DNA of 61,933 bases, counting the filler, from Asterionella formosa (Eukaryota): NCBI GenBank assembly GCA_002256025.1. It is 12 parts of 12 records of this genome, joined end to end, with 100 filler letters (N's around TTAATTAATTAA, not from the genome) between each part and the next. Parts side by side here need not be neighbours in the genome. Positions count along the whole stretch, not along the records: positions 10,375 to 15,454 come from NKIB01013226.1; positions 15,555 to 20,630 come from NKIB01013227.1; positions 20,731 to 25,805 come from NKIB01013228.1; 9 more parts are not named here. The stretch is one strand, 5' to 3'. A model generated the notes under the pieces. It had not been told where the DNA came from, ran no database searches, and saw only the letters and a program-made list of their open reading frames with translations. Below, piece by piece: positions 11,601-22,800 of the stretch (the stretch's first letter is position 1; each line of letters opens with the position of its first letter). Position numbers and translations under genes: made by a program.

Positions 11601-13968
11601 TAGACTCAGTCAGGATGCTGAGGGTTGTTTGCCTGGGCTTTCTATTTTTTATGCGTGCTTTGGATACCGGTAGTCCAAAAATGTATTTCTATGTACAAGC
11701 ATACGTAAATGTCATGATGACCAGAGCTTGTTTTATGTCCGAGTCGCCCTACCGGTATGTACGTGGTCACTTCCTCCATTTAAGGCATTAGGTTGGCTAT
11801 TTAGAAGAATATGCATATACCGGTTGACTGTGCACCTGTGGACTATTCATAAATGTTATTGCATATAGCGTAACACTAAGTACCTCCCAGTTAGTACCCG
11901 TAAGTCAGTTCACTCAATTCATATACATACATTTAGAAACCATGATGCGAACTAATCATCATTCCATTTCAAAGCGGGGAAATCACAAGTGATGTGTGGT
12001 ATATTCCTATTAACAATTTTCAAAGCAATCCATTCGATTCGTTGTTGTGTCGTGACCTACCACCAACTTGGGAGTTATGCCGGTACCGCGCAATCATCCA
12101 ACAAACAACCTACCGGTCCCGGTATGGACATTTGTTGCATTCCGGGAGTTGGATGCAATGAGCATTAATGACATTTAGGATGTGTGACTGAGGATATATA
12201 TCTGCAAGTACTGTACCTACTACTAGAAGTCTAACTTTTCTAGGATTTGCGTATGGTAAAACTACATAAGGCTTTCAGTTATGTACCGCTATAAAACAGC
12301 TAACGAATGCAAAATTAGGACTACGACTGGAAGGTGCGGTAATCGAGATATTTAGCATAGTCTTTGCTTAAGCAAAAAACTTGTTGACGGGGTACCTGGT
12401 ACTGTAACTGTGTGTAGTTATGCACCGGTAGGACTGACAGTTTAGCTGGATTTCGACACACTGACACCCCTCTCGATCAAAGGGCAGCCTTCAGGAAAGA
12501 CGCAATTGTGATGGAATACATGCCGGTAAACATATACCGGTAGGGAAGACGGAGTCTGTGGAAGGGAAAAGAAGGTGGACAGACAGGCCCTTGCTACTGG
12601 TAAATGATCCATGGACAGAGATCATTGTGCAGAACGAGAATTAATTAGTTGGACAGACATGACAGACTGAACGACCGAAATTCCCTCAAAGATCCATGTC
12701 TATACCGGTATATTTTTTATATGTATCTAATGACTAAAATTGGCAACTACTGTACTGTACATTTAAAAAAATGTCTATGGCTTTTTCTTTTTTCACTAAC
12801 GGTCATCTCGAGCAAAATTCAGATGCATGGTGACATTTTTTCTTCGAACCACCTTGGGCAAACTCTGATAACAATGGGCGCTCAGATAATAATAAAAGGA
12901 AAAAGATATTTAGTCCCCCTCTTTTGATAAACCCTTAAATCCTAGCCTACCAGTACATAGCCTTCATATAAACAACCAATATTTTTTGCCTCACGGAAAT
13001 CAGTTGGCTCGATGACACTAACTACCGTGACGGCTGCTAGTCATACACATGCACATCATTGTGTTCGAATTGACTCTGATGGCCTCAATCAAAGCTGTCG
13101 GAGCCTATTGAGGACAATACGGATGAGGGACTGGACGGCCCTGAACAGGCGTTCTACGGCGCTGTAATTCGATGATAAAGAGCGCATTTGCGCACTTGAA
13201 CGATCACTCATCAACCCTCAGCATACATGATGTCGCGGCGAGATTATTGTGGACCTAATCATCTTCGCTGGCTTCCATAAAAAGGGATTTAGTAGCGATG
13301 CAGAAAACGAAGGAGAATCTGACTGCGATTCTGACGATGGAGAAGTTGACCATGATGCTAAATTGATGAATTGGTGTCTTTTGAAAACAAGGTGCTGGAT
13401 TTTATAGATCCCAAAGGCCCGAGATTCACTATACTTAAAGGAGTTGAAGCCGTTGCATGGTTGAAGAAAAAATATGAGGGACACGAGAACATTCAGGAAA
13501 ATGTTGGTCATGACAAACTGACTAAACAAAGCTTGTGCCGACAGGGACGTTTACAAGTTTGATGGGATCTTATCGATGAAAGTGACTGATGAAGTTGACA
13601 GGGACTTCAAGTGATGGTGATGAAGATGACAGTGACAACTATAGCTTGGACAGTTCCTCATCATTCCATGATGCCATGTCTAATGACATTGTGTACCTTC
13701 AAGATTCATCCTCATGCTGGGTCCTTCCAGATGCTACTTACTTCACAGTTGACTAAGCTCAACAATGGAAGGGATATGTTATATACACGGAAGTTCGAAG
13801 AACAACTGCTGGACACTCGGTCAAGTGAGGAGGAGTAGAACAACGACAATTTTATAGAATAGAAAATTCATTGCTGTGGCAATTCGTAATGTTAAATAAT
13901 GTAGGGGAGGGATAAATAAGTGCTGCTGTTAAAATTTTCAATGGAATTCCTCAATCAAGCAGAAGATG

Positions 13969-14488
13969 TGTTGAATGAACATTAACGTGACAGTTACTCC
14001 ACATTCCTATCACCAGGCACACGTGCCCCTGGCATGATACCGTACGTATCAGCTACCCGCCTTGTCTCCTTGGCCTGTTCTGATCGCTGTTCATAGTCTT
14101 CCTACAACTTAATCAGAACAATCTGTCAACAAAAGATGCCGAAAATGTGTAAATCGTTGGAAGGGCAAGCTTTCCCGTGGCTGGAAAGTATTTCTGCTGA
14201 TAGTTCCTTCATGATAGCGAGTTGTTGAAATTGCGTCCCGAAGCACTCTATGCTTTCTTGTATCCTGTAAGGACACATCAGGGACCAAATAGGCTGTAGA
14301 TATAACAACGATGTCTCCGTGATCGATTGTAATCGTTCCTAAGAGTTTTAATAGAATTATGGGTTTTTACTGTTGGCGTAGATTGTTTTCGAATTCTCTG
14401 GTACCATATTCTTTCTCGATTCATTCGATTCAATATGTAGTAGGTAATTTATACCGGGATTTTCTTTCCTAAAATATTTTCTCCAACA
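13969..14488 (-). repeat. Probable 3' LTR of the Copia element; distal end uncertain
   Basis: On the minus strand the stop is followed by purine-rich cagcaggagtg and then TGTTGG; a candidate ...TTCAACA end lies at 13969. Confidence 0.5.
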
Positions 14489-14510
14489 CACTCCTGCTGG
14501 ACACGGATGC

Positions 14511-15454
14511 TTACTTTGAATTCATGATTTGCTGACGAAAATGAATAAATTTCGTTCCAACCAGTGGTTTCGTCATGTAGTCTGCCAACATTGCATCCGA
14601 TGGACAGTACTTGATTTGTACTTCCTTTCTTTCAATAAGATCAGTAATATAAAAATATTTGATGTTGAAATGTCGCGTGCGTTTTCCTGAACTTGCTTTT
14701 CCATTCGCTTCTAGCTTCATTGCGCTAGTGTTGTCACGGTAAATGACATTCGTAGTCACCTTGTGTCCTTGTGATTCAATAAATAATTTCGTCCACAACA
14801 CCTTTGATATGATGTCATCGACACCAACCAACTCAGCTTCAGTCGAGCTTCTAGTGTTCACTTTCTGTTTTGTAGACATAGAACAGATAATTCCGTTTCC
14901 AAGTGACATTGTAGCTCCTGTGTGACTTTTAAAATCTTTGTGCACTGCAAACGCCGCATCAATGTACCATTTAATGCTCTGAGTGTCATCAGCACTCATA
15001 GATGCAACCTCGTTCTGAGTTGCTTTCAAGAAATTCATGATCTTGACTAATTTTACCCAATCACCTTCATTCGGTTCGATAGTTCGGGTTGCCAGAAATG
15101 CAATTCCTGGTTGAATGTCCTGTCTTCCTCGCTTACATAGGAACATTCCTTTCATAACAAAAGTATGAAATATTTTTGCTTTTTCACATTCAAGCTTCTT
15201 TGATTTTGTATCAACTGTGAACAATTTATCTGTCCATGGGAATTTTCCAACACCTTCAAGTTTCACTGGAAAATCATCAATCATTGATTTCACATATTTG
15301 GTCATGTCCACCCTCAACACTCCTGGAAGAGAGTAATCTAGCGTCATAGCCAAATAATCATGCTTCTTTCCACGCATGACCTTGACTTCACCAATTTCGT
15401 CAGAAGCGTATTTCTTTTTGAGCCATTCCAAAAATTGATCATTCACTTTGCTGT
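14511..15454 (-). mobile_element. Ty1/Copia LTR retrotransposon: RT C-terminus and RNase H
   Basis: KRGRQDIQPGIAFL, WYIDAAFAVHKDFKSHTG, TRSSTEAELVG, YRDNTSA, RTRHFNIKYFYI, MLADYMTKPL; uninterrupted ORF. Confidence 0.95.
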
Positions 15455-15554
15455 NNNNNNNNNNNNNNNNNNNNNNNNNNNNNNNNNNNNNNNNNNNNTT
15501 AATTAATTAANNNNNNNNNNNNNNNNNNNNNNNNNNNNNNNNNNNNNNNNNNNN

Positions 15555-16130
15555 ATCATTCACTCCATCGACTGCATTTTCAACATTATCATCACCAATT
15601 GATTCTTTCCAGTCATCATACCCATCATATAAAAGCAAAATATTGTGAATACAGCAGCAAGTCATCACAACATGATTCCTAATTTGCTTTCTGTTGTGTA
15701 GCCGGCCACGTTGGATTCTTGAGGATCATGAAACTCTTCTTTAGAAAACCCAAGAAACATTCCACATCTTGCTTTTCTTGCCAATTCTAGATGATTGCTC
15801 CAAATCGGAATCATTGAGCGGATGCTTGTAAGGAGCTATCAGCTGCAGCCATGTATGGTATCCTTTATAAAAAATTAAAAAATAATCCTTTCTTAAGTTC
15901 ATCAGTTCCATCTTGTTTGTTGTACTACCAGACACTGTTGATCCAGATGCTTGCTGCTTGATTTCTCAAGTTTGTGATTGTGGCATCTAATCTTGCTATG
16001 GTTTTGTCTTTGTCACAACCGAAATGGACATTTGAAACATTTAGAACTTTCCTGTTCATATGTGAAATGTAAGCTTTTGTGTCTTCTCCTTTCCCTTGCT
16101 GGTTGCAACTACCCCGGTATATATTCTGGC
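15555..16130 (-). pseudogene. PIF/Harbinger transposase C-terminal remnant
   Basis: Broken pieces HFGCDKDKTIARLD, KQDVECFLG and MTCCCIHNILLLYDGYDDW. Confidence 0.6.
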
Positions 16131-16346
16131 GGAACTGAGGGAATACATAATTATTGCCACCCATACCTCACATGCATATACCTACAGACACGTACAGTTC
16201 TGTTGACACATGTAAACTTTCCAGATTACCGGAAATAGACAATCTTTGTTAGATAAATAGTAGCGACTACCGGATATACATACATCATAGATGTCAACAT
16301 ACCTTTATTATCAAGAACATTCTGCATCAACATCAACTTCATCATC

Positions 16347-16853
16347 ATGCCTGTTGACGACTCCTCCTTTGAAGGACTTTCTTCATTGGTCCGACTAACT
16401 GGAACGAACATTCCCCAACGAGCTCGCTTCATTGGAGAATCTCTCGTTTCCGCAGCCTTGTCGTCTGTCACTTTGGGTGTTGTGTGTGGCCAAATAGGGG
16501 CTAGTTTTCTCAGCATTGGCCCGCTCGTGCCGTTCATGCTGGGCAGTTGGACTGGATACACCATTGGACTCTTTGGACATTGGCAGACTGTGACAAAGCA
16601 GGCTCATTATTATTCGAAAACATATCCTCGACTCATGGCGCATTGTTTGAAGTGTGAATGGGATATAGTTGTCCCAGAAATCGCACTAGAGGATGGAAAC
16701 ATGTCAGAGTGGGTCAGGGAAGGAGGGATGCAACGATTGACCATGGCAGTACTAGCAGCTGGTAGTGTACGTCCCCAAGTGGATGAAATTTTGGCCAATG
16801 AAAAGCAAAAAATGGTAGAGGACTATACGAGTGGAGCTGATGGTGGGATTTAA
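16347..16853 (+). CDS. Hypothetical membrane protein, 168 aa
   Basis: Clean ORF after a CA-rich leader, with hydrophobic Gly-rich helices. Confidence 0.7.
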   Translation: MPVDDSSFEGLSSLVRLTGTNIPQRARFIGESLVSAALSSVTLGVVCGQIGASFLSIGPLVPFMLGSWTGYTIGLFGHWQTVTKQAHYYSKTYPRLMAHCLKCEWDIVVPEIALEDGNMSEWVREGGMQRLTMAVLAAGSVRPQVDEILANEKQKMVEDYTSGADGGI

Positions 16854-16975
16854 AAAATTTGTTGGCGGTGGGAGAGGAGTTTTGTATTGCCACATTCATG
16901 GTTGTCAGTAATTTGAAATCTTGAATTTTGAAGACGAACAAAATGGAATAACTGTGGTCAAGGTATAACTTCCTT

Positions 16976-17827
16976 TTATTTCAATTTTTTAAAGCCATTA
17001 TATGAAGAGCACCAAATTCCTTGACACGTGTCTTGGGTAACGTCTGGTTGAAACAGAACTGACCAAGCTCCGACATCATTTGCTGTCCACAGTATCGTAC
17101 CAGAATGATCCATGAGGGTATAGACTTGTTTGAACCAATAATCAGTCTGTGTATTGATTGGCGCCAACAAAATACCATCCTCGGCCAATAATTGTGTTGC
17201 AAAGTACTCCGCCTTGTTCCGATTGACAGCAAAGTTAAAGGCGATCACGTCATATTTGGCTCGACTATTCTTCTTGTCCCATTCGGTCCTTAAAAAGCGT
17301 TCATCGTCCAATTCATAAAAGGTGACAGATGGTGGACACGATATGACATTGGCATCCCAAGCACCTCTAGACCAATCCAGTGCATCAATGGTGGTATATC
17401 CCATTTCGTAAAGTACTTGTGTGGATACACCCGCTCCCGCTCCAACATCCAAGGCTCGCTTCATTTGATTACCGGTACTCTTACCCGATGTTGATGTTAC
17501 TTTCAATTTTTGCAACGTATCATAAACTTCCTTTGGAGAAATATTCGTATCACGAGAGGCAACAATGGAATTGGTATATTCTTGTTTATCATATGCAGCT
17601 GTTGAAAATGTCTCCGCGCCGCCGCCACCGAACGCTGATGATACTGATACGCCAGTGGCGGCATAGGTAGTGGCAACAATTGCAGCGTTGGTATAAAAGT
17701 AGGCCCTTCTGGATAGCACTGATTCTGTCAGTGAGGAGGATGGTGATAAAGCATGGCAGTAGTTGAGTGATAGACAAGTGACGATGGTGAGGGGAAGGCA
17801 TCGCTTCCGTGACGAGAGTGTCATCAT
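16976..17827 (-). CDS. Class I SAM-dependent methyltransferase with N-terminal presequence
   Basis: Motif I ALDVGAGAG, then IDALDWS and YDVIAFNF; signal peptide followed by SRR and a hydrophobic segment. Confidence 0.85.
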   Translation of the reverse strand: MMTLSSRKRCLPLTIVTCLSLNYCHALSPSSSLTESVLSRRAYFYTNAAIVATTYAATGVSVSSAFGGGGAETFSTAAYDKQEYTNSIVASRDTNISPKEVYDTLQKLKVTSTSGKSTGNQMKRALDVGAGAGVSTQVLYEMGYTTIDALDWSRGAWDANVISCPPSVTFYELDDERFLRTEWDKKNSRAKYDVIAFNFAVNRNKAEYFATQLLAEDGILLAPINTQTDYWFKQVYTLMDHSGTILWTANDVGAWSVLFQPDVTQDTCQGIWCSSYNGFKKLK

Positions 17828-18122
17828 CTTGATCGATCGAGGATGTCCTGATGAAACATCATGCTACATATTAAATACTGCTGTTCCTACAAATTGCAAA
17901 AAGTTCAAAAAGGTTAAATAATTATTTATTCAAGGAAAGGACGGTTTTAAATCATCGACCATAGTTAGAGAGTATATCACTGAAAAGCTTCTTTTGACTG
18001 TTTATACATAGGGAATTGGATCATGCATTCCTTGTGCATACCGGTATACATACAGTGTATGCTATCCCGGTTTTGATTATTTCGAACACAAAGCTCCTAC
18101 ATATTATTGTTTATATTGCACC

Positions 18123-19211
18123 ATGCTGATGCATGCATGGTCATTGAAAGACTGGTTGGAACAACCAGCTCTGGGTCCAGCCATTCTAGTACTCGATGGA
18201 GGAGTCAGCACTCACTTAGAGAACATTTTACGCCAGAAGGATCAAGTATTTTCCAATCGGTCGTTGTGGAGCTCGTCACTGTTGTTGACAGAAGAAGGAC
18301 GCAGGGACATTGTTGCCACACACGAAGCGTTCTATCAACATGGAGCAGACATTGGTACTACCGTCACGTATCAATGTCACTTTGGTACAGTGTCATCATG
18401 CTGCCCCGTCGAACCACAGGGTGTCATGGTACAAATGATTCAGAATGGAGTTCAACTAGCTCAAACCGCCGCTGCGTCGTCGGCGGACAACAATAGCAAC
18501 AAGTACGTCGTTGCAAGTATTGGATGTTATGGAGCAGCACTTGCGGATGGATCAGAATACAAAGGAAATTATAATATATCGAAAGACCAACTCAAGGACT
18601 TTTATCGACGAAAGGTACGATTGTTGGCTCATGGGTGCCAACATCCCCCCGATGCTATTGCCTTTGAAACGATTCCTTGTGGGATGGAAGTTGATGCTAT
18701 CATGGAATTATTACATGAACAACGAATCACCGTGCCCTGTTGGATATCGTTGGCATGTTGCAATGACTCGCAATTGAATGATGGGACCGAGGTGACTGTC
18801 GTGCTCAAAATGATACAACAACTCGACCCTGATTCCAAACTTCTTGCGGCCATTGGTATCAACTGCTGTGACAGTCAGTACATTCATGGGTTGGTCTCCA
18901 AGTTGATTTCCAATACTATTGATCCTTGTATGTTTCCACCGCGCGCCATCGTTATTTATCCCAACAGTGGAGAAGAGTGGGATGCCGCGTCGTCAACATG
19001 GAAGGAAGGAACAGGGTGCACACAACCACAAGAGTTTGCCAATGTCATGCTACAAACCATTGAATTGGTCTACCGGCAGCGACCGGGTGTTCATGTGCCG
19101 AAACTCATTGTGGGTGGTTGTTGTCGCACGAGTCCAGAGACGATTGTGGCATTGCGGACGACTGTGGATACTTTTTTGGAACGAACGAAGAAATCATCGT
19201 GTACACCGTAA
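18123..19211 (+). CDS. HMT: Homocysteine S-methyltransferase (HMT/MmuM family)
   Basis: LDGG, YGAALADGSEYKGNY, AFETIP, IGINC, YPNSGE and the Zn-ligand motif VGGCC. Confidence 0.93.
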   Translation: MLMHAWSLKDWLEQPALGPAILVLDGGVSTHLENILRQKDQVFSNRSLWSSSLLLTEEGRRDIVATHEAFYQHGADIGTTVTYQCHFGTVSSCCPVEPQGVMVQMIQNGVQLAQTAAASSADNNSNKYVVASIGCYGAALADGSEYKGNYNISKDQLKDFYRRKVRLLAHGCQHPPDAIAFETIPCGMEVDAIMELLHEQRITVPCWISLACCNDSQLNDGTEVTVVLKMIQQLDPDSKLLAAIGINCCDSQYIHGLVSKLISNTIDPCMFPPRAIVIYPNSGEEWDAASSTWKEGTGCTQPQEFANVMLQTIELVYRQRPGVHVPKLIVGGCCRTSPETIVALRTTVDTFLERTKKSSCTP

Positions 19212-19370
19212 CAATCCGAAGTTGAAACTATTATACCGCTAATCCACCTTTGATTTGCGACAGCAATGATATGCATTATATGCCACGCTTTGAAGGGTCC
19301 GTACCGTGAGGGTCAATCCGACTTGCATGGTTCGAACCACTAAAATGGGAAATGGATATGAAATGGCAGT

Positions 19371-19907
19371 TTATTTCTCATGTGGACACGCCCAAAGTGG
19401 ACCAAAGCAATGCACCTTGGTTGTTGGAAGCAGGGTGATGGGATCCACCACGGACCAGGATGGGCTAGTTGTGTCCTTTTCGAGAGCATGAGTAAAACTG
19501 ACGATTCCATCCAAGGATTGGATGTTTCCTTGTAATCCGCTATACTTTTGTAGCAATCTTTTGGCTTCCATTCCAGATCGGTAGCCAATAGTGCAATACA
19601 AAATGACTTTTGTGTCGTCAGGAACGCCATCGTGTTGCCGGTATGACGACTCAAATTCCTTCAACGAAACAGCGCCTTCCATCATGGATACCTTTCGTTC
19701 TGGCGCTGTTCGACAATCCACAAGAATTACATCATTGCATGAGAAGTCACTGAGCAAGTTTTCGCTGGTAAGAGCCGGTACATGTGAAAATCTAGATTGA
19801 TAAAACTTGGCGGTAGATTTACAGTGTTCTTCAGCTGACTTCGTCTTAAAGAAACCGTACTTTTTGTGAGGTGACGTGGGCGCACTGCTGATAGTCTTCG
19901 TTACCAT
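19371..19907 (-). CDS. Rhodanese-domain protein, possibly with a premature stop (frame open to 19239)
   Basis: ILVDCRTAPERKVSMMEGA, active-site loop LYCTIGYRSG, SLDGI. Confidence 0.85.
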   Translation of the reverse strand: MVTKTISSAPTSPHKKYGFFKTKSAEEHCKSTAKFYQSRFSHVPALTSENLLSDFSCNDVILVDCRTAPERKVSMMEGAVSLKEFESSYRQHDGVPDDTKVILYCTIGYRSGMEAKRLLQKYSGLQGNIQSLDGIVSFTHALEKDTTSPSWSVVDPITLLPTTKVHCFGPLWACPHEK

Positions 19908-20436
19908 CGTCGTGGCTTGCCCTGATATTCAGTAGAACTAGATCAACACACCCTATTTGAGCGAGGAATAATCCTTGACTGATCAGATGAGCGGAAGCAC
20001 AAAAGGAAGAGGTGAGAACGAAAGAAAAATGAAATACCAGATAGTATATGTGATATGCATTGTTCAGCCATAAATATATCTATTTTGGCTTTTGTAATGT
20101 TGTGCGTTAATTTTGCTTATTTAGAGATTTAGCTTTCTTTATCAAAGATTAAATTGTCTATTTCAGCAAAATGAATGCAACTTCCAAAGTACCAGGTACC
20201 TGGTACCCATCTCACGAAATATTTTTTTGTCCGTCCGTCAAGAATCATGAAGACCTTTTTGTTTTGTGTTTTAGTAAACTATGAATACTGCGGTATTTTC
20301 ATTTTACACAGACTACCGGCGGTAGTTAGTATAATACCTACAAAACTTTTGCAATCCATCCTGACATCGAATCTCCCGCACATTTTGCTGGGACATCACT
20401 GATTCAATCTGCAATGGACTCTTTCGTCCATGACTC

Positions 20437-20630
20437 ATGTCCTTCTTCCTCGCCTCAATGAATAGAGGGAAGATAGCGAAGAACGAGAAGAAAATGTCGG
20501 TACCGGTGGTCAAATTGTATTTCGGAATCACCATTATCACAATGCTGCTTTTTAACTATGCGATTATATCAAGACACTCTATCAACGAGATGCGAGCGAA
20601 TTACACAGAAGGGGTGGAAGTTGTAGGTAA
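20437..20630 (+). CDS. First exon of a probable type II membrane protein, cut by the contig end
   Basis: Basic N-terminus, transmembrane segment LYFGITIITMLLFNYAII, then g|gtaa donor-like sequence at the contig end. Confidence 0.4.
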
Positions 20631-20730
20631 NNNNNNNNNNNNNNNNNNNNNNNNNNNNNNNNNNNNNNNNNNNNTTAATTAATTAANNNNNNNNNNNNNN
20701 NNNNNNNNNNNNNNNNNNNNNNNNNNNNNN

Positions 20731-22023
20731 GATATTGATATTGGACCGAAATCTCCAGCATCAACTTCCACTTCTACTTTTTCAATTGAATTAGATGATG
20801 AACCTCTGCTTACATGTTTTCTTAATCATCCCACTTTGACAGACAATATTCAATATCCTCTGGATTATCATTTAATACATGAAAGACAATTGCTGGATAT
20901 ACAATTGATTCTCAATCAACAAACACATCCATTAAAATTTCCTTCTATCAATTTTCATGATATATTTTTAATATGTTTTGTATAGAAACCAGGAGATACT
21001 TGGCGTATTGCAATTCCTCCATCATTATTGGATCCTATTATTAATTGGTATCATCAGATCTTAGCTCATGTGGGTATGACAAGATTAAATGCTACAATTG
21101 CTACACATTTTTATCACCCTACATTAAAAGCGAGAGTGGAACATATTGTAAGAGTATGTGAAGCATGTCAACGTACAAAATTACCTGGTACTGGTTTTGA
21201 TGAACTTCCACCCAGGAATGCATTATTATTACCGTGGTCAGAAGTCGCAGTAGATTTAATTAGTCCATGGAAGATAACAGTGGCAACTTAAGTCATTGAA
21301 TTTCTTGCTCTAACTTGTATTGATACGGTTACCAATTTGGCAGAAATTTCATGAATCAATAACAAAACATCAGAATATATTGCAATGAAATTTGAAAATG
21401 ACTGGTTAGCCAGATATCCCCGTCCAGAACGCTGTATACATGACAATGGAGGTGAATTTACTGGTGCTCCTTTCTTACACATGTTAGTATTGAATGGAAT
21501 CAAAGATGTGACTACCACAGTAAAGAATCCACAAGCAAATGCTATCTGTGAACGTTTCCATCAATCTATCAGCAATAGTCTACGAGTTATGTTAAAGGCT
21601 CATCCTCCAATCAATGAATTTCAAGCCCAAAATATTGTGGATACATGTTTTGCAGCTGCGTCACATGCAGCTCGAGCTACTATTCATAGTATATTACGTA
21701 TTTCACCAGGAGCATGGGTTTTTCAACGTGATATGATATTAAATATTCCTTTGATTACAGATTTACAATTAATACATCAACGTCGACAAGTGATAATTGA
21801 CGAACGTTTACGTCATGCTAATTTCCGTCGTCGATCTTATGATTACAAAGTGGGTGACGAGATTTTAATATTATTGGATAATCCTAGTACTACTTTGGAT
21901 GATCGTGGACGAGGTCCTTATACTATTATTCAAGTACATGCCAATGGTACAGTTACTTTCCAACGCACTATGCACATTACCGAACGAACTAATATTCGTC
22001 GTATCAAACCTTTTCATAGGTAA
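20731..22023 (+). mobile_element. Ty3/Gypsy-type integrase region with nonsense mutations
   Basis: HHCC zinc finger (WYHQILAHVG...CEACQ), VAVDLI, IHDNGGEF, NPQANAICER and GPY motif; in-frame stops near 20983, 21289 and 21352. Confidence 0.9.
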
Positions 22024-22049
22024 AAGGTTTTCCCTCAAGTGTGGGAGAG

Positions 22050-22243
22050 TGAGCAATCCTGCACATCGATACAGATATATATAGAGTTAGGGTTATATCA
22101 AATATATCGGAATTCAATAATGAGAGAACCCGACTAACATCCATTCTATACTTTGATGACAGTTCAGGAAATGAGTTGTACATAAGGATTAATTTATTAG
22201 CTCATATATTCAATAAATACTACTGCTTCTAGTTAGATACTTC
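22050..22243 (+). repeat. Possible short 3' LTR of the Gypsy element
   Basis: Purine tract gggagag followed by TG, aataaa at ~22212 and a candidate ...TTCA end. Confidence 0.35.
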
Positions 22244-22409
22244 ATTGTTTACCTCTTCTATTTTTCGTGATGACTACGGTAGATACGTAGTAAATGAAAA
22301 ATTCTGTACGTAGCTATATATAGGTCTCTTATTTACCAGTGCCAGTACCTTGGTACCTGGTACTGGTAGTACCGTTACCGGTATGCCTAGTCTAGTAGAG
22401 CTAAAAATG

Positions 22410-22800
22410 CTAAGCAATTACCTAAGCAATTCACAAACTAGCTATCGGAGCACTTTTCGCCACTACATTGCCCTTTCAGTTAACATTGAAAACCTATTTT
22501 AGATAGTTTGTATGTGGGATGCGAACTGGCCAATTGCCCATCATATAAAAAAAATACTGTTTATTTCATATGTACAGTTTTTGGATTACTCAATCCTGCA
22601 ATTGCCCATCATGCGAAACATATTTTGTGTATTTCATGTGCTCCGTTTTTCGACTGCCAAACTGCCTTCAAAATTTTTAAAAGCCCCTAGAATTTTATTC
22701 CGAAATCGACTGCCGTTTATTTAAGGGAATTTGATTGCTGATATCTATAGCCCCTCAATTGACTGCCGTTTACTTAAGCAAAATCGACTGCCGAATTGGA
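22410..22800. repeat. Subterminal-type repeat array (aattgccc, tcgactgcc), related to 59820-60065
   Basis: ttgcccatcatataaaa and gcaatt...ctagctatc occur at both loci; gactgcc is repeated several times. Confidence 0.55.
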
